In this document: positions 60,008 to 64,000 of the stretch, in pieces | How positions within the stretch are numbered: position 1 is the first letter of the stretch | How the letters are laid out: each line of letters begins with the position of its first letter | Source of the DNA: a virus | Taxonomy: Duplodnaviria; Caudoviricetes | IMG/VR virus record: IMGVR_UViG_3300014204_000125 | Location: 32,001-96,000 of that record | Strand: one strand, 5' to 3' | Length of the DNA: 64,000 nt | Notes under the pieces: model-generated | Database searches by the model: none | Seen by the model: only the letters and a program-made list of their open reading frames with translations | What the model was told of the DNA's origin: nothing | Position numbers and translations under genes: made by a program

Positions 60008-60754
60008 ATGAATATCTCAGCAGTAGTATGGAGGATCCACAGGAACCAGAACACAGGCAAGGCTACCAACTTTTTCACCCTCGAACTCGATGACGCCGTG
60101 GGATTCGAGTGTATGCTCGCCCAGAGACAGTCGGGAGACATGAGTTTCTATATTAATTGGCCGTCGGACAAATTCCAGTCGAGAGACAACCCGCCCAGAA
60201 CAATGTATAAGACACAGGCATCCGTCTTCAACAAACAGCTCGCGGCGCACATCACCCAGGGCGTAGTCGCAATCTTCAACCAGAAAGACGCACAGGGGAA
60301 TCCCACCAATTACATCGCCCCGGGAAGCACTTACTACCAGCGTCAGGAAGAGAAAAAACAGAAAGCACAGCAGTACCAGAACGCACAGACCCAGGGCGGA
60401 CCTCCGCAGTACCAGCAACAGGGCGGGTATCCCCAGCAGCCTCCGAACCCCTACAATCAGCAGACATACACCCCGGCCCCGCCCGTGTATCAGCCCCAGC
60501 AATATCAACCGGCAGCTCCCCAGCAGTTCCCTCCTCAGCAGGCGCCGCCTCAGATGGCACCTCAGGGGACGTATCCGCCACAGCAGCAGCCCGCGGCTCA
60601 AATCCCTCCGGCTCAGGCGACATATCCTCCGCAACAGTATGTCCCACCGGCACAGCCCCCGGTTAATCCGAATCAGGTTCCTACTCAAGCGGCTCCCCCG
60701 CAGACCCCGGGAGTCCAGTATCCCAATAACGGAACCCCCGATTACATGAAATAA
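60008..60754 (+). CDS. SpoVG-fold nucleic-acid-binding protein with long Q/P tail (probable SSB)
   Basis: The N-terminal ~90 aa follow the SpoVG pattern (TLELDD, FYINWPS, Y...A...N...I...V). It lies between dnaB and dnaE and has a disordered tail. Confidence 0.55.
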   Translation: MNISAVVWRIHRNQNTGKATNFFTLELDDAVGFECMLAQRQSGDMSFYINWPSDKFQSRDNPPRTMYKTQASVFNKQLAAHITQGVVAIFNQKDAQGNPTNYIAPGSTYYQRQEEKKQKAQQYQNAQTQGGPPQYQQQGGYPQQPPNPYNQQTYTPAPPVYQPQQYQPAAPQQFPPQQAPPQMAPQGTYPPQQQPAAQIPPAQATYPPQQYVPPAQPPVNPNQVPTQAAPPQTPGVQYPNNGTPDYMK

Positions 60755-60768
60755 GAAAGGAAGGCGCC

Positions 60769-63700
60769 ATGCAAGAACCCGTAAGCCTATTACACCATAT
60801 TCACTCGGACTTCTCGAAACTGGATGGACTTATAAAGATTTCGGAACTCGTAGCCACCGCCAAGAAATACGGCTACACCGCTATATCCCTGACGGATCAC
60901 GGCACGATGTCTGGGACTCTGGAGTTCTACCGGGCCTGCAAGAAAGCCGGGGTTAAAGGTGTTCTGGGCTGCGAATTTTACATGGCGTCCCCTTTAGCCA
61001 ATGAAGACAGAGTTGTGGAGCGCTGCCATCTCGTGTTGCTCGCCAAGAACATCACGGGCTGGCAGAACCTCCTCAAACTCTCGGAGTTGAGCTGGCAAGC
61101 CCCGAACTTCTATAAGACCCCGAATGTCACCCTCGATCTCCTCTCGAAATACCACGAAGGCTTAATCTGCACCTCGGCATGTATCGCCGGCCCGATTGCG
61201 AAGTACCTGAACACGGATATCTCGATATCGACATACAACGCGATATCGTTGAAGAATATCTTCGGTGCCGACTTTTATATAGAAGTGCAACCCAATAGCC
61301 TTAGCGAACAAATCTCCGCGAATGTGCAACTCCTTAATATGTCCCGGAGGCATGACATCCCGATAATGCTCGGGCTGGATGCTCATTACCTGAATAAAGA
61401 ACACGCCATGAGCCATGAGACCCTACTTGGGATCAATACAAGAGCCAAGATATCATGGCCCACAAAGAGCGAACAGGTTGAAAATGGAGTCCTCGAAGTC
61501 GCGGAAGCCAATGACGCTGAAGACACCAAAGAAGACACAGGCGATGATGACATGTTCGAACCCTCCCCGTTTAAATTGACAGAACCTTCCGAAGAAACCC
61601 CTAAAGACAACGCTGTGAATCGTGCCAAGAAAAAACATGAGATTGCGAAGTCAAAGTATCGCATGAGTTTTGGACGCCCCGAGTTTTATGTAATGACCCA
61701 AGCCGAAGTCTATGCGGCCTGGGACACGCATCATAAAAACTTCAGGCTCCCCGAGGACGAATGCGATACCTCCCATATGATCCATCTCGAAGAGGCCATA
61801 TCGAATAACGAGAAAATAGTTTCACAAATCGAGGAATTCAGTATCGAACCTGACTCGAAACGGCTCAATAAAATATTCGACATAAATAAACAAGACCAAA
61901 TGTTCCTGAAATTCCTCGCCGGTCAGACACAATACGATGTAAAACGAGCTATGGACGATCCTGAATGGGGATTCCATTACCTTCGCTATCTCGTGTATCA
62001 AGGCTATTATAAACACGAAATACACCTCAAGTCAAACGAAGCTGAATATATCGAGAGAATCAACAAGGAGTTATGCGAAATCCGAGAGGCTGGCATTGTG
62101 GACTATTTCCTTGTGGTTTACGATGTAATTAAGTATTGTGAGAACAACGGCATATCAGTTGGACCAGGCAGAGGTAGTGCGGCGGGGTCGATCGTAACAT
62201 ACTTACTCGGAATCCATCAAGTCGATTCTCTCGAGTTCGGGCTTCTCTGGGAAAGGTTCTATAATGCGGGTCGCAAGGGTCAGATGCCTGATATAGATCT
62301 CGACATCAACACTTCGAAACGCCATCTCGTATGCGAATACCTTTCAAAAAAATACGGAGACGAACACGTTGCCCATATCGTCAACTTCAATTACTTCAAA
62401 CCAAAATCAACCCTGCGTAGTGTTCTCTCATATTACGAATATCCCTACGATATGGTCAATGAAATCGTGGGTGAGTTCAAATTCGTGGAAGACGATGACG
62501 ATGAAGACGATGCCGAATTATCCCAACTCCTCGCAAAGATCAAGGACAGGGTTGAAATGGCGCCCCTGTATGCAAACATAGAACGGGACTGCTACGCTCT
62601 CATCGACGGGGTTAAATGCCTCGGCACCCATGCTTCCGGGATGGTTATAACAAACGATCCCTTGGCCTCCCTGTGTCCCGTAATTACAATCACAGACAAG
62701 GCGAGCAAGACGAGGGTGCCGGCGGCGGCATGGGATAAGACAATGCTCGAAGATCTCGGGTTCCTGAAACTCGATATCCTCGGGGTTAAGGTGCTCGATA
62801 TCATCGACGAAACGGTAAAACTGATCAAAAAGTTTCATGGGATCAGCATCGATGTATCGAAAATCCCTCTCGATGATCCCGGGACTTATGAACTCATATC
62901 ACGAGGTTTAACTGCTGGAATCTTCCAGTTCAATGTCGGGACCGAATTGCAAGGCTACGCCAAGACATACGGGGTAAACAATTTCAACGATGTCTGCGCC
63001 CTGACCGCATTGGGACGCCCCGGCGCCAAGAACTTCCTCGGGGACTATATGCAGAACAGAAATAAGAACAGAGAGCAGATCGAACTTCCTGACATGAGGC
63101 TCTACGATATCCTAAAAGATACGAGCTGTGTTCTCGTGTATCAGGAACAGCAGTTAAATATCTGCAAGATCTTGGCGGGCTTCGATCTCAAGCAAGCCGA
63201 TAATCTCCGGAAAATTGTGTCCAAGAAGAAACTCGATAAACTCCCTGAGATGAAGGAAAAGTTTATAAATGGATACGTTGCGAATACTACGGCAGAACAC
63301 ATCCATCCCGCATTCCGGACCAGTACAAGCGGCGCGGATGCAGCCCAGATGCAAGAGATAGCACATAAGATCTGGGGGATGTATTTCTCGGAATGCTCGT
63401 ATCTTTTCAATAAGTCTCACGCCGTAGGGTATAGTGTCCAGACGATGCGCACGGCATGGCTCAAGACACACTATATAACCGAGTTCATGACGGCGGCGTT
63501 ACAACAGGAAGACAAGAAGGTGCCCGATTATATCTGGGAATGTCTTTATCTCGGACTCAAAGTATTCTCTCCTCATTTCTCGCACAGCAAGGGCGATTTC
63601 GCAATGCTCAGGAATCGACAAATAAGTTTTGGAATATTCAATATTAAATATGTATCCAAAGTTTTTCTGACGAAATTTGAAATAGACCCAGTCAAGGCGC

Positions 63701-64000
63701 TTCTCGAAACTGCGAATAAGAAAATGCTGACTTCACTCATTCACGCCGGGGTTTACGACGGATGGAATAACTTGAATCGTAAACAAGTTTATGATACAAT
63801 ATCCCTATATAAGACGATGAAAAAGAAATGGGACGATTACAAAATCAAAGCATCCGAATACGCCGAGAAGGTTGCAAAGGCTGCGGAGTCCGGCAAGAAC
63901 CCGAGGGGCAAGGCCCCGGAAGCCCCGGAGATAACACTTCAACAGATTCTTGCGAACCCAATCCGGGTCGAGGATTACACAATCGAGGACAAGATCGCAC
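60769..64000 (+). CDS. dnaE: DNA polymerase III alpha subunit (runs off the right edge)
   Basis: Not in the ORF track because it has no stop in the window. ATG at 60769 follows an AAAGGAAGG RBS. PHP motifs HIHSDFS.LDG, TDHG, LGCEFY, HLVLLAKN..G..NL; also VGPGRGSAAGS, MPDIDLD, HASG, KLDILG, GIFQF, VYQEQ and FNKSHA. Confidence 0.95.
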   Translation, partial: MQEPVSLLHHIHSDFSKLDGLIKISELVATAKKYGYTAISLTDHGTMSGTLEFYRACKKAGVKGVLGCEFYMASPLANEDRVVERCHLVLLAKNITGWQNLLKLSELSWQAPNFYKTPNVTLDLLSKYHEGLICTSACIAGPIAKYLNTDISISTYNAISLKNIFGADFYIEVQPNSLSEQISANVQLLNMSRRHDIPIMLGLDAHYLNKEHAMSHETLLGINTRAKISWPTKSEQVENGVLEVAEANDAEDTKEDTGDDDMFEPSPFKLTEPSEETPKDNAVNRAKKKHEIAKSKYRMSFGRPEFYVMTQAEVYAAWDTHHKNFRLPEDECDTSHMIHLEEAISNNEKIVSQIEEFSIEPDSKRLNKIFDINKQDQMFLKFLAGQTQYDVKRAMDDPEWGFHYLRYLVYQGYYKHEIHLKSNEAEYIERINKELCEIREAGIVDYFLVVYDVIKYCENNGISVGPGRGSAAGSIVTYLLGIHQVDSLEFGLLWERFYNAGRKGQMPDIDLDINTSKRHLVCEYLSKKYGDEHVAHIVNFNYFKPKSTLRSVLSYYEYPYDMVNEIVGEFKFVEDDDDEDDAELSQLLAKIKDRVEMAPLYANIERDCYALIDGVKCLGTHASGMVITNDPLASLCPVITITDKASKTRVPAAAWDKTMLEDLGFLKLDILGVKVLDIIDETVKLIKKFHGISIDVSKIPLDDPGTYELISRGLTAGIFQFNVGTELQGYAKTYGVNNFNDVCALTALGRPGAKNFLGDYMQNRNKNREQIELPDMRLYDILKDTSCVLVYQEQQLNICKILAGFDLKQADNLRKIVSKKKLDKLPEMKEKFINGYVANTTAEHIHPAFRTSTSGADAAQMQEIAHKIWGMYFSECSYLFNKSHAVGYSVQTMRTAWLKTHYITEFMTAALQQEDKKVPDYIWECLYLGLKVFSPHFSHSKGDFAMLRNRQISFGIFNIKYVSKVFLTKFEIDPVKALLETANKKMLTSLIHAGVYDGWNNLNRKQVYDTISLYKTMKKKWDDYKIKASEYAEKVAKAAESGKNPRGKAPEAPEITLQQILANPIRVEDYTIEDKIA

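Noticed and set aside
1-64000. Stop-codon recoding (alternative genetic code)
   Set aside because: Long conserved genes are intact in code 11, and TAA, TAG and TGA all end genes at expected positions.
60769-64000. Intein or intron in dnaE, and short shadow ORFs listed in the track
   Set aside because: The frame is continuous with conserved motifs in order and no intein splice motifs. The listed short ORFs are alternative-frame or antisense shadows.

Overview
This window looks like part of a large, apparently lytic tailed-phage genome in the standard genetic code; no integrase is seen and the host cannot be determined. Two arms diverge from a ~2.7-kb non-coding, motif-rich gap (~32030-34740). 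The left arm (minus strand), read from the gap outwards, holds: small early/middle genes; a promoter-driven RNA cluster with a clear tmRNA (28426-28835, 29-codon tag ending LAA) flanked by unexplained structured RNAs; vWA, DUF4326, macrodomain and RusA-like genes; a ~14-kb CDP-3,6-dideoxy/branched-chain sugar cluster (rfbG, rfbF, rfbH, a frameshifted YerE-like TPP enzyme, two aldolases, HAD, an LdpA-like Fe-S protein, FkbM and four glycosyltransferases); and the packaging/head module (TerS candidate, sigma-like protein, beta-clamp-like protein, TerL, HNH, portal, truncated prohead protease). The right arm (plus strand) holds a candidate ~400-nt structured ncRNA, about 45 small early genes including ArdC, a second beta-clamp, a gp88-like protein, a DHH-like protein and RtcB, then the replication module (RecT/Bet, DnaB, SpoVG-fold SSB candidate, DnaE running off the right edge). 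The best candidates for new biology are the phage-encoded branched-sugar glycosylation pathway beside the head genes, the array of operator-like palindromes in the central gap, the orphan structured RNAs, and a sigma-like plus clamp pair inside the packaging operon. All calls come from motif recognition by eye; no database searches were run.
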